From: Basidiobolus meristosporus CBS 931.73
Lineage: Eukaryota; Fungi; Basidiobolomycota
Reading direction: 5' to 3'
Assembly (NCBI GenBank): GCA_002104905.1
Contig: MCFE01000012.1
Span: forward strand, 186,001-250,000
DNA: 64,000 nucleotides
Positions 49,172 to 60,799 of this stretch are shown piece by piece; the stretch's first letter is position 1; each line of letters opens with the position of its first letter. The translations under genes and the position numbers were made by a program. Under the pieces are notes generated by a model. That model was not told the origin of the DNA and ran no database searches. It worked only from the letters and a program-made list of their open reading frames with translations.

Positions 49172-51893
49172 GAACTTTCCATCTTACATCAATGTTACAA
49201 TAACCATAATGAATAAATGGGAATCCAATACCGATGAAAACTATTTTTAAATCTCAAATGGTTGGGGCGACCACGTACATACACCAAACCCATACTCCTT
49301 CACATATACGGAAAGTGACCGTAAACGTACAGCAATTGAAATGCCTCCATCCGTACCGTGAAGATTGGATGGTTCAGCTGTCTTTACGGATTTTGGCAAT
49401 TGGCAAAGCGCTCATATGTCTCGCTCCCTATTCGTAGCAGTAGCTGGCGTATGGATGTAGAATAAAGGCTAATTTTAAAATGGCAACTCAGAACCATAGA
49501 TTCAAACTGTGTGCCGAATCAAATCCCTGGCATGCTTTGGTGTAAAACCTTAAACCAATAGACAGCTGTGGCCGTGGTTACCCAATCTAGCAATTTCCAA
49601 TCCCAAATATTTACGAACTTGCCTAATTCAAACCAACCATCATCCAGCCTCTTTTTATTGGCTCCGGTGGAGGGGTGAATTGTTCTCACATATCAGCGAC
49701 CTAGAGGCCCACCTGTTGCTTTGACACTGCTCGTTGGTCTAAACCTGTACTTCTTGGGTCAATAATGAGTTTTACATCGGAGCTAAAGTCTGGGAAATTC
49801 TCAATATACGCGCAATGGTAGTCTTGAACAACTGTAACTGTGCCAGCCAGCCCGGTCGTTCAACTAACGCCTGATTTTGTTTTAGGGTGGGACTTTTGTC
49901 CGCAATCTGTAGGAACTGAGCCCGCCCTTTCTTTATTCCCCTTGTCTAACACTAGCATTACGATGCAAATTTTACTTTAGTGCTGATAATCTTTGGAATC
50001 ATCGAGCTCTTAACCGTGCCCATCTTCTCAATTCTTGGATTGTAAGTTAGAGGGTGCTAAAGTTTCTTTCCTGATGCCAAGCTGACCACTCTCGATTTTG
50101 AAGCATCTTCGCAGTACTCATCATCTTCATGGAAATCTCCTTCTTAACCAAGGTATGTTAACATGCTACAGCGAATCCCATACCTAGCTGCCTTCTTAAT
50201 GTTTACTATTCAAAGTGCTGCCCTACCAGCCCCGGCTTGTAAGTTGAAGTACTTCAGAATAGAGTCGTCTTTTTTCGGCACTCACAAATCATTACCAACC
50301 AGTGATGGATTTATCAAAAAACTCTCCGGCAATCACATTCGTGCTGGAGTATACGCAGTGTAAGCATTTACTATATACTAAGCATCTATATCTACCCAGC
50401 TCGCCAGTATGGCTGCTAATCTCCATCTGAAGCTTTGCGATCATCATGTGGGTCTCCCTCGTCAGCCGCTTCACCGTGCTGTTCATCGCTGCGCTGACCT
50501 TAACAATCACCGCTATTTTCTACGGTATTCCCGATCTCATATAATGCGCCTCCATGTCTCTAATCGAACACTACCACACTATAGCCACTGGCTTCTTTAA
50601 AGGCCAGGAGAGAACTTCAAGCTCAATGACCGGTGGCACTGGAATCATGCTGTCTATGGTGTAACCGACACAATAGGACTATACCCTCCTTGAATACAGA
50701 GATCAATTCAAGCTTTCTCGAGTGCAGCAAACCATCCACTCCACATCTATGAACTTCCTTTTTTTGCGCTAACGATGCCAATGTCAGTACCTTGGGTTCC
50801 CTTTTGAACCCTTTTTAGAACCTGGTTTATCAAATAAAGATGGGCTATTGCCAGGGGCGTGGGTGTTTTCTTCGTATGCTCGATTGCCAAAAGCTTGGCT
50901 CTGGCGCACTAGTGGAGGAGATGCTAGTAGCGGTGTACCCGCAGTCCAATTAGTAGCTAGAGTAGGTCGTGAGGCACACAGATGTGTTTAATTGGAATTT
51001 GAACACCTGGCTTGGCTTTTGTAACAACCATGCAAACCCAGCCTAGCCAGTCAGATCAGCGATCGAGGCTGGACCGCTCTGTGCTCTGGAAATCACAGCG
51101 CCAGGTATGCTACACGTACGCGAGGTAGGTAATGGTGTCGTCATCAATTTACCAGTGTCTAAGGTCCACGCCAACCAATGGTCTACCACAATCTCACGAT
51201 AGTTGTATGTTTGCTGAAGTTAGGAAACCCCAGGTCATTGTTCCATCATCAGAATTGGAAGAGCGCCGGAATCCATGATCCATCGATGACCCAGTGTAAT
51301 GTTTCGATAATGCACATGTGAATAAACGTCATGCGAGGATGGGGCAGTGGAGTCCCGAAATTCACAAATTGGAAAGGACAGAGTTAAATTTAACTCACAT
51401 TGGAGGAGATCCAAAATTCATTAAGCGTTTTAGATGGGCTTTCGTGTCACCCGGCCAATTGACTGCAAAATTCCGAGAAAAAAACGCGATCTCTTCAAAT
51501 AAAAGTCCACCGTCCGCGATTGATTGGTCACGACTATCTGTGACGATAAGCTATTTCACGCTGTCCTTGTGTAATTCTCCGTTCGTATTTGCTCTGACTT
51601 CGCCGCCACCACTTGTGTACGAATTATATTCGCTCGAAACTTACCAAACTTTACCCAGGCTTTTGGCGTATGTGTGAATTGCGAGGTTGAATCAGTCTAT
51701 TCCAGCTTCAACCAACGTACGCTAGACTTCGGTTTGCTTATTTCCTGACTCCTGTGGCTTGTTTATATTCTCTCCTATCCTGTTAATTATCCTACTCGTA
51801 TTCTGTCCTTTACCATCCCCTTCCCTCCGAACTCTTGTAAATTCCTCTTGATTCTCTCGGTGTTCCCTCACTCACTCAAACCTGAAAATATAC

Positions 51894-53045
51894 ATGATGA
51901 GCAGATTTCTTAACCGTGCCAACATCGCGTTTGTAACGAATCTGTTGAACCTCTTGCTATTCGTACTGGTCCTCACGGCAGGTATATTGAATATTATCGA
52001 AGGTTCAAAGAATTTTGCATATATCATTTCAAACGTATACATATGGTATGAATTCAACCCGGCATGTACTCCTAGTCGGCGGACAAGCTAACCCTCGTGA
52101 ATCTTTATAGTTTGTTGGCAATCTTTCTGTTTGTAACCGAAATCGTATGCTTCAAGAAAGTCATCCAACAATGTGAATTTATTTATTCCCACCGGGGACG
52201 TGGATTCGCTTATTTTTAGTAAGTATTTCTGATCTCCAGCAAGTGTGAGAAACGGCCATGTTCGATGCGACGCACATACACCATCACTAACATAGAGCAT
52301 TATTAGCCTGGGCTGTTTAATTTATCCAAAAGATTCGTTGTTCCATCAGTTTGCCGGGATTTATTGTATGACCGTAGCCTGCCTGCTCCTCGTTTTGTCA
52401 TTCATCAAACAATTTCCTGGCCGGTGCGAACTCAAAATTAGCCTACGCTGGATGAGGAGAGGACTGTCTGGGTTGGAGCCGGAGCTAAAAGACATTAACG
52501 ATCAAGGGCCAGTGGCAGACTCTCAGCCCGCACGAGTGGAGGAGGCACATGGCTCACGGGACCAAACTCAGCAAGTGTCTTCCTACACATCAGCCATCGC
52601 TAACCCCTTGGTCTATCCAAAGCACGTTTACCAACCTGCGTCCAGAGCGAGCGAGCTAAATCCCAGCTTAAATCCGAGCTCTATGGCTCCACAAGCCCAT
52701 GGGTACAATGGCCCAGTGGCGGGCGAAGAGAGCACATCTAATAGAGTCTCTAGATACCCGGGGCCATACCCACCAAACTTTGTTGATAGAAATCTGTCAA
52801 TCAATGCTTCCCCCTGGAATACCATTCATCCCAGTCAATATCCTTACACATCACCAAATCGATGGATGTACAACCCTTCTATCAGAACATATGCTCCCAT
52901 GAATGGATCTCCGTATTATTTACCCACGCAGTTCAAGTCCCCGACACAACTACAACCACAACCACAGCTACATTTGCCACCTTCCAATGCGGGCGGATCC
53001 AGAAATGTGGCCTCCGAAGAAGATGCTAGAGCTTCCGAGTCTTGA
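51894..53045 (+). CDS. COPI-associated / TVP15-like multi-pass membrane protein with Pro-rich C-terminal tail (2 introns)
   Basis: Spliced product has 4 hydrophobic segments and FIYSHRGRGFAYF (cf. FLYSFLGRGxFYIF). Confidence 0.7.
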
Positions 53046-56000
53046 GAAAGCTTTCGCTGGAACTGGTCAGAGTTTTAGTCGCTTGAGGCATTAGTTGGCA
53101 TTCAGTTTTGATTTGGCTCCACCTGTCCCCTCTCACTTGATCTTACTGTCTTTCATGGGTGTAATGAATTGAAGTGCCCTTTCAAAATAAACGGGTTGAG
53201 ATAACCACCAAGATTGCTGCCCGCATCTGCATTATCGCTGAGCGTTCACCGCTGCCACCTCGAGAGATGTGGTTGCCAATATGCGTGGAATAGTTGGCAG
53301 TAGGCAATCCGAGGGTGCAAGAGTCATGAATCCAAGAGAAAGTTCTTTTAATCACGACAATGGTACATGTGCCAGGTGAGCGGTTGCATATTCCATATGT
53401 TGGGAGAACGTGTATGCTCCAGCTGATCACAGGGTCGATGGATCTATTTTGATAACGATGTGTACAAAAGGCATTATCGGTTGGCTCCAGTATGATTTTT
53501 TGGTGGAGGCTTGTGTCTCTATTCACAATGTTTATCCGCCTGCGAGATTCAGTTTAGCCAGAGACAGATTTGTTGGTATAGCCGATGATAACATGATCCG
53601 CAAGGAGATATCGAGGGATAAAAGGTATACATAACAGGGTTTTCATTAATTGAAACAGGAAAAATGATAGATGAAGAACGCCACCTTCACCGTTGTACAA
53701 GTCATGGAGCAATCTGATTCCTTAGTTTCCGTTACGATACTTCCAATGCTAGCTCGCCGGTAGTGCTAACTGAGGTGTTTCCACTGGTTATGGTAGTGTG
53801 GTCCTTTTATGTTCGACAGGTAATGTGTCCAATACATTTGTAATACTGCAGAGTGACGGTAAAGATACATATCAGTTATTTGTAAGCACATTCATGGGAT
53901 TCTCTGGTAGATTTGGAGGCATGGGGATGGAGAATCAAGATGATTCCTAAACAGCCGCTTCATCATCAAGCGAAAAGGAGCCTGACCTATCTAAACACCG
54001 AGATCCATTTCTTTCACGCATACATATGTATTAGTCTTGGCCATTTACGTGGTTTGATCATGCCCAGAGTACACTGGAAGCCTACTCATTCTGGCACATG
54101 TTTGTACAGTTTAGTACACATATATATAACGTGTTACACGGAAAATTCCCAATGAGCGGAAGAGCATGGCACCTACATACGTAGTGCACTGAGGGCAATG
54201 CCTATTCTGTCCATTTGTAAACAACTTTGGGAGCAGTGAAGTTGCTAGGAATGAACGGTCGAAGTTACTCAAGTGTCATAATTCCCACCAAAATAGATGA
54301 CTATCGTATTGGAAGTATCAAGGATCCTACCATGCTGGTCGGACCACTATGGTGTATAGCGAGGTACAATCATGGCTGTGTTGCGGTACTTGTGGCTCTA
54401 ATTTCTTTACGATCTTGTGTACTACTTCAACACAATCTGAGCCGATTGAGTCACCGTCTGGATAATATCGGATTCCAAAAAAGTCTGCTTGTCTCTTTTC
54501 TGCCCAATTCAGCATTTGGTGGAAAGCGAGCTCGTTCTCAGTTCCAAATTGGGACTGTACATGACACCAGACTCTTCGGAATGCTGATGCTCTTCATCAC
54601 CATCAATAATGAATTAAAACGAGCCGAATAGTGGAGCCGCAGTCAACCTAATGAATTGATTCTAGTATTAACGTCAACCATCATCTCGATCGAGATTCAG
54701 CGGGGGTGCCTACAATCATGCCGAAAAACAAGAGCCCAGCGCCAGCGTGCCATGGCGGAAAACCGTTGGTTTGCCGGGGCTCATATCCCCGGATCCAGTG
54801 CCTATTCCAAAGTTAAAATTCGTTTGACGCAGTCAGGTTGAAACAGATGATGGGAATCTGAATGATCAGATAAACTACGATCCGTTTGATGTGATACATA
54901 CATCTAAAAAGATGGAGATTTCTGCTTTGTGACAAGAATCGATATCACTTGATCAAACACTATGTTAAGCTCCTCAATGCGAACCGAGCCAATGGTAAGA
55001 GTACAGGAATCCTGGCTATTCGTTGCCCCCACCCTTACCGTCCGACCAGCCGCACATGGTGCGCTAACGCTTGGCGGGAAAGACGGCCAAGGGGTGTTGG
55101 CAGTCGGGCGGCCCTCTTAAGGTTTCCCGTATGGCTACCGAAGGCGATGAGCCGTGCACCCCATCGTTCGATGCTTTCATCCGACTTGGTCAAATCACAA
55201 CCCATGCCTTGGAGGCAAGGAGTGTCATCATTTGCTCATGAGGAGGTAACCCATACACTCACCGATTGTCAGAAATCAGCAGGAACGGATCGGATCGCAT
55301 TTCCAAAAACATACACTCTGATTGACTTAGAATACCTTGTAATCTCGGGCTAAACTGTGCCCAGACCTTCGCACAGCGCACGCCATAAGTATAAATCCAC
55401 CTGCGATCTGGATTTGCCAAGTATTCACTGTAGTGCAATGAGCATGTACACAAAATGAAGCGCGATCATCAGTACTGAGCCTAACCCTAGCCAGCCTTCA
55501 GTCTGGGTGTGGGTCGGTGTCCACAGGGCTATCTCCTCCCCTCGCCTAACACTGACACCAACACAAAACACATTTGAAACCAGATTAGCTAACAATGAGG
55601 AGGAGCTCTATTGGCGGCGCTCCCATGAATCACTATTGAAACTTGATCAGATGGCTGAGAATCCGTTCTGTCTGATCGAGTGTAAATTATCATCCGGAGC
55701 TATGCTAGAGACAGGGACTCTGAAAGTCTCAATTTTAGATTATAGCTACGTACCTGCCATTATGATTATTTCCTTGTTTGGACAGAAGCCTTGCAAGTGT
55801 CTCCGATTGTAATCGATTTGAGAAGGGTTCTTAATATATATGCTGGCCAACTATTTAGGAAGGCTACGCTCTGTACTGAAGTGATACCTGGTTGAGCTTG
55901 GCATACCTCCATTATCCATTCCGGTTTGCAAGAGGACCATAAGAGCCATCAGGCTTCCATTCCTGCTCAATATGTTCGACCATTGAGGAGATTTTCGGCA

Positions 56001-56341
56001 TTGTAGCATGAATTGGCTGAACTGGTAATGCTACTTTTGGTCAGGAGGACTGATCATTAATGATTACTTATCATAATATCTTTGTTAGATTGCTTAATTC
56101 AATGACATGAAAGGTTTGGCCCGTTTGATATTGTATTTTGCAAATACCCAAATACATCAATAACAGGTTTGTCGCTCCTAGAGCCTTGATCAGTATAAAA
56201 GAACGGACCCGCAGCATCGACCGAACTACTTATTTTGCTACTTAATTCCCTTGATGCACATCTTGATTTCATCTTCGTAAATCTTATAAATTTCATCCCT
56301 TATAATATTGAGATTGGGCAATCATTCATATTTGTAATAGT

Positions 56342-57498
56342 ATGTCTCGCTTCTCACATTCAAAATCTGCAAGGAAAAACACGAGCCAAAACCCAACAGA
56401 CACGAATGTCTCTTTCAACAACCCACACGAGGCCCCTAGCCATTCCCATATTCCATTCAATCCTCACCGGCCCGAAGCGATACCCATAATGGCCAGGCCA
56501 AGTGCACACACAAATGAGGGTGAGTGGATGCACAGATATTCTTCTGGGTGGTCGTGCTTATACTGATGTAGGTTCTTACTAACAAAGGCTGCTTATAAAC
56601 AGGCTTAGGGATTCACGATGCATATATAGAGCTGGCCAATAACCTTCAGAATTCCTTGCAAACATCATCCTCAGAACCTCTCCATTGCATGCCTCAAGAA
56701 TACACACACAGTCAGAGCTGGTTAAGTGAGCCTGCTTCTGCACCTCCAATGCAGGACAGCCTACACTCTTCTGATATCCATATCCAACATCAGATACACG
56801 AACAGAATGCGAATCTAAATCCTGGTTTAACATTTGCCTTCAATACACAATATCCAGGCAGCTGGAATACGTCGTGGGCCCATTACACCTACCCGGAAGC
56901 CCCCGAAGTCCCTTCAAATGGCGAACCTTTACTATCCTACGGCTATACGCTGCAACCAGGGCTGCCAATTAACTTGGGCTATCCGCCAGTGACAAACGGT
57001 GGATCGCAAGGAGAGGACGTCATTCGTTCAACTGCACATTATAAACCTGTAAGTACTCCGTCATTGAGTATGGCGATCTCACAGCACAGTGCTGAGGGGA
57101 ATAGTGCGGGCAGCCAACCACTTGGAGCGGTCCAGAGCATAAACAGTACAGTCTCGTCTCCTATATCGGATCCGCCCTCACCATACAACTACCTCTCTGT
57201 CCAAATGCCACCAAGCCCAATCCCAGTCTACAGTTACTCTGACGATGATGTACGAAACCTACGCATGAGTTTATCAAGTAAATCATCGAGTTCTGCAAGT
57301 ATGCTGACCAGTCAGAGATCCCTAGAGAATATCCGCCATGAATGCCCGTACTGCCGAAGACAATTCCGTCGTAAGCACGATCTACAGCGACACATTAGAC
57401 TGCATACTGGCGAGAGGCCGTATCGTTGCGATAATTGTTCCAAATCATTTTATCGCACTGATGCTCTGGTGAGGCATGTTAGATCTGAACATCTATGA
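56342..57498 (+). CDS. C2H2 zinc-finger transcription factor (two C-terminal fingers; 1 intron)
   Basis: HECPYCRRQFRRKHDLQRHIRLHTGERPYRCDNCSKSFYRTDALVRHVRSEH; GTGAGT donor near 56520 with in-frame acceptor at 56629. Confidence 0.88.
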
Positions 57499-59801
57499 GA
57501 TCCAAGATGAAGAGTTCCAATTCAATAAAATACACTTGATGCTTTGTTAATGATGAACAATTTCATGTGATTCCAATTTCAATAGGTTGGGTGATGATGA
57601 CACAATCCATTAAAAGGCTCAGCTGGTTCACAGAAGACCAAGGCAAGCCATTCAGCCGCCATATGCGGAACATGTCTATCCGAGAGCATCACCTTGGGAA
57701 ATTCTGGTAAATGGGGAGGATTCTTGCACCTGCAAGCTTATCTCAACTTACGTTAGCAATAATCACTTGGGTTGTGTAATGTGAGCCTGTGAACCAGTAT
57801 ATTAGAGCCAAGGAAGACACAGGACTCATTCGTCAGTTTGTGCATTGAACATGCGAAATCAGTGGAGATGGTGGGGTGCAGGTACTCTAGACAAGAGTTC
57901 GCAAATGAATGCAATTCGGTTATGGCGTCAGAGGCATTTACTCCCTTGAGGCCAATCATCAGACGTTTTCTGGTGTACAATTAGATCTGAACGAACCATT
58001 AGGACTGCTAATGCCGAAAATGGAATTGATACGCTGGTTTTTAATGCCTGGGATTCAGTAGGTTACACACAGATGATCAACTTGGCCCGACTACAGCTCC
58101 AAGCCGAATCACATAGCAATTGGTGAAATGATACCAAATCGAGGACTGGCTGGAGTCCTCCAAGAATGTAATCTTTTGACAAATACTATTAGCAGGGCGT
58201 GGCGAAAAAATCCGGTTTCTGTAGCCACGGACGCTACCCAATCTCTGATAACCAACGTAGCCCATGATTGAAACAGCTTATGCCTCCAATTTGTAAAACC
58301 GAAACTCGTGGCGTCAGAACAGCTTAGAGCCAAGTAAATATCATTGCGGAACGGATACCATGCTGCAGCCAATTTCGGTAGGAAGCCGCCAATGACCAGG
58401 GGATGTTCGTTTTGTGATGTATATGTAGGCCTTGAATATAACAAGCTCTAGCTGTTCAGCATAGAAAATTCAGATTTACTACAACCTGTTTTATTTCCCA
58501 TTGCATGCACGACTTACTAATCCAGACATGTAGAGCGTAGAGAGATGATACCTTGCAACCAAATAATCTCTAATAAACTCAAACCAGTGCATCTACAGTG
58601 TCCATGATACAATGCGCCACGCTGTGGCGGTTTGTAAGCCAATAAGACAGGTGATGCTATTTCACAAACATGCATACAGTAAGAGGTGACCTGACGAGGT
58701 GCTATCAACAGTTGAGAATGGACCCACCGCATGCTGACAGGGCCTGAAGAAAGGTTGGCCATTCTAATAGTTGTTTTCTACACGTCAACAGTGATGTTGA
58801 TCCATCAGTAACGCATCAATGTCATTACAATCACAAGGACAGACACTGTTCTGGGTGATTCGACATAATTTTTTTGGGACCATGAAGTAAAGTTCCAAGT
58901 ATCATCTGATTGCTTGCGATCAAAAATCTCGTGTCGCATGTCGAAAAATAACTCAGGAGAGGAGAGGCGTGAGTGATTCTCAAATCAATGGGTGAGTCAC
59001 GTATGAGCGCAGTTGGCTATTACTGAAAGTATTCGCCTTGTGTTGGCATGTGCCTTTATTAGTCACATTCCAGGCGGCACGCGGAGCTGAGTGACGTCGC
59101 AAATATAACATGACCGTTCAATTGGTTACAAATAGAGGGCAAGGCCAGCGTAGAACTAATTTGAATACAAGAATGTCTCCTACCGTAGTGATTTTTAAGC
59201 TCCACGCTCTTACTTTGTGCGGCTGTTAGGCTGCTGGCCTTCATGTGCTGATTTTATCATCCAGCCAGTTCTCTTGACTCAGGAATCGGTGTTCTCCCTA
59301 GACCCCGTGCTTACGGTCTTGTTTTTGCTGTCAAAGTTCGGCTGCTGTTTGGTTCCCAGATACTCGCCCATTGCTTAGGTTCACAGGCATGATCGAGTAA
59401 TACGTAGCTAATGGGGGAGTTCTGATACAAGGAGACTAGGCAATCTTGAAATTGGGAATCATCACGTTAAATACGTGAATTCACCTCATTGAACATGGCT
59501 GATTCGATCATATAATTAAGTTGATTGGAAAATTTTAACACCTGACCGCGACGATTAGAAAATCGTAACACCTTGCCATTGTTATGAATATCTAGTACAT
59601 GGCCCAGCCAGCTTAGATGCAGGTGCTGAATCAGCTACTCGGACTTGAGACTTCCCGGAATATAGTTATTCAGTTTATTGGCAGAGCTGGCGTAGATCTA
59701 GGTTATGGCAGTATTCCAAAACAGATTCCCGTATATTCTAGCCATTAAATCGTGCCCAAGGTCAATCACCCTAAGGATGCCCGGGACAACGACCAGTCTG
59801 T

Positions 59802-60767
59802 TTAGGCTCTACTTAATTTCCAAGCAGTGACAAACAGAGAGGTCATAAACACTGGTGTACGGGTGCCACAGTAATGGTGTACCTTGACGAAGTAGTCCTC
59901 AATAAAGGTGCTCATATCCTCGTCACTATCGAATATATTGCACTTTGTCAAACCAGACTGCAGCTGCGGCCAGATGAATGACCTAAGCTGTTCCATACCG
60001 TGTTCTCCATGTACCAAGGTATTCTCAAGTGAATGCGAGACACAGTCGATCAAACGAAACGAGGGGACTCTATCAAGTGCTTACTGGATATTTTCCGGTG
60101 TTCGCAACAGGTGTGATGTGAGAGTAAAACGCAGTAACATGGGATCAACATTGTGCTCATCTCTGTGCTGCTGCCAAACGTTATCTAAATCCAATAAAGT
60201 GTCACAATGACTAAGCATAGATGCCACCAAATAACCGCCTTGCTTCAATTCCCTTGCCCGGTGAGTGAAGAATACCACCAACTGCTCTTGGGCTTCATGT
60301 TGAACTTGTTGCATCTACTCAGGGTCTATCATGAAGGATGAAAGAGTTAATGGACGATAGAGAGGCGTGCTAACTTTATGCATCCAATGGGCACTATTAA
60401 AGCAGACACTAAGGTCCAAGGTGTTGCGAGGGAGGCATTCATTGTAAAATGATCTTGGCGATACTAGACTCAGAATATCGTTATCCGGATGAGCTGTGAC
60501 GATTTCATGGTTTTGGTGTGTTAAACCGGGATCATTCAGGCATTTAAATAATTCCTCAAAATTGTTGGTGGGAAGATCGTTATGATAAACCTGAATAGCA
60601 AATGGTCTGGTATCCTGTCGTAAGGCAAGGAGCGTATCCAGCATAACGTTTATAGCTGCCATTGAATTTTTTCCATGGCTACAACCAAAGTCTCCTATGA
60701 CAATGGTGGCAGTGATTCTTGGCAACAGGCGCGGAACTGTGAAATGCGTTAAGCTTGATTGGGAATA
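59802..60767 (-). pseudogene. SAM-dependent carboxyl methyltransferase (SABATH / Methyltransf_7) pseudogene, intronless
   Basis: IGDFGCSHGKNS, VYHNDLPTNNF..LF, RSFYNECLPRNTLD, SAHW; three ORFs in one frame separated by TAG (60315) and TAA (60081); no ATG before the YSQSS motif. Confidence 0.85.
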
Positions 60768-60799
60768 AAATATATGATTATGTTACCTACTTTTGCTAT

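Noticed and set aside
50163-50690. Signal-peptide ORF with two intron-like segments and a TM-rich frame
   Set aside because: No consistent spliced frame without stops; neither gene nor family can be supported
3165-60767. TAA/TAG-to-Gln genetic-code reassignment, suggested by in-frame TAG/TAA at Gln-plausible sites in the Harbinger partner and SABATH genes
   Set aside because: Intact genes here terminate with TAG or TAA (chitin deacetylase, con7, INPP4, DUF1769) and contain no internal TAR; simple C>T nonsense mutations suffice
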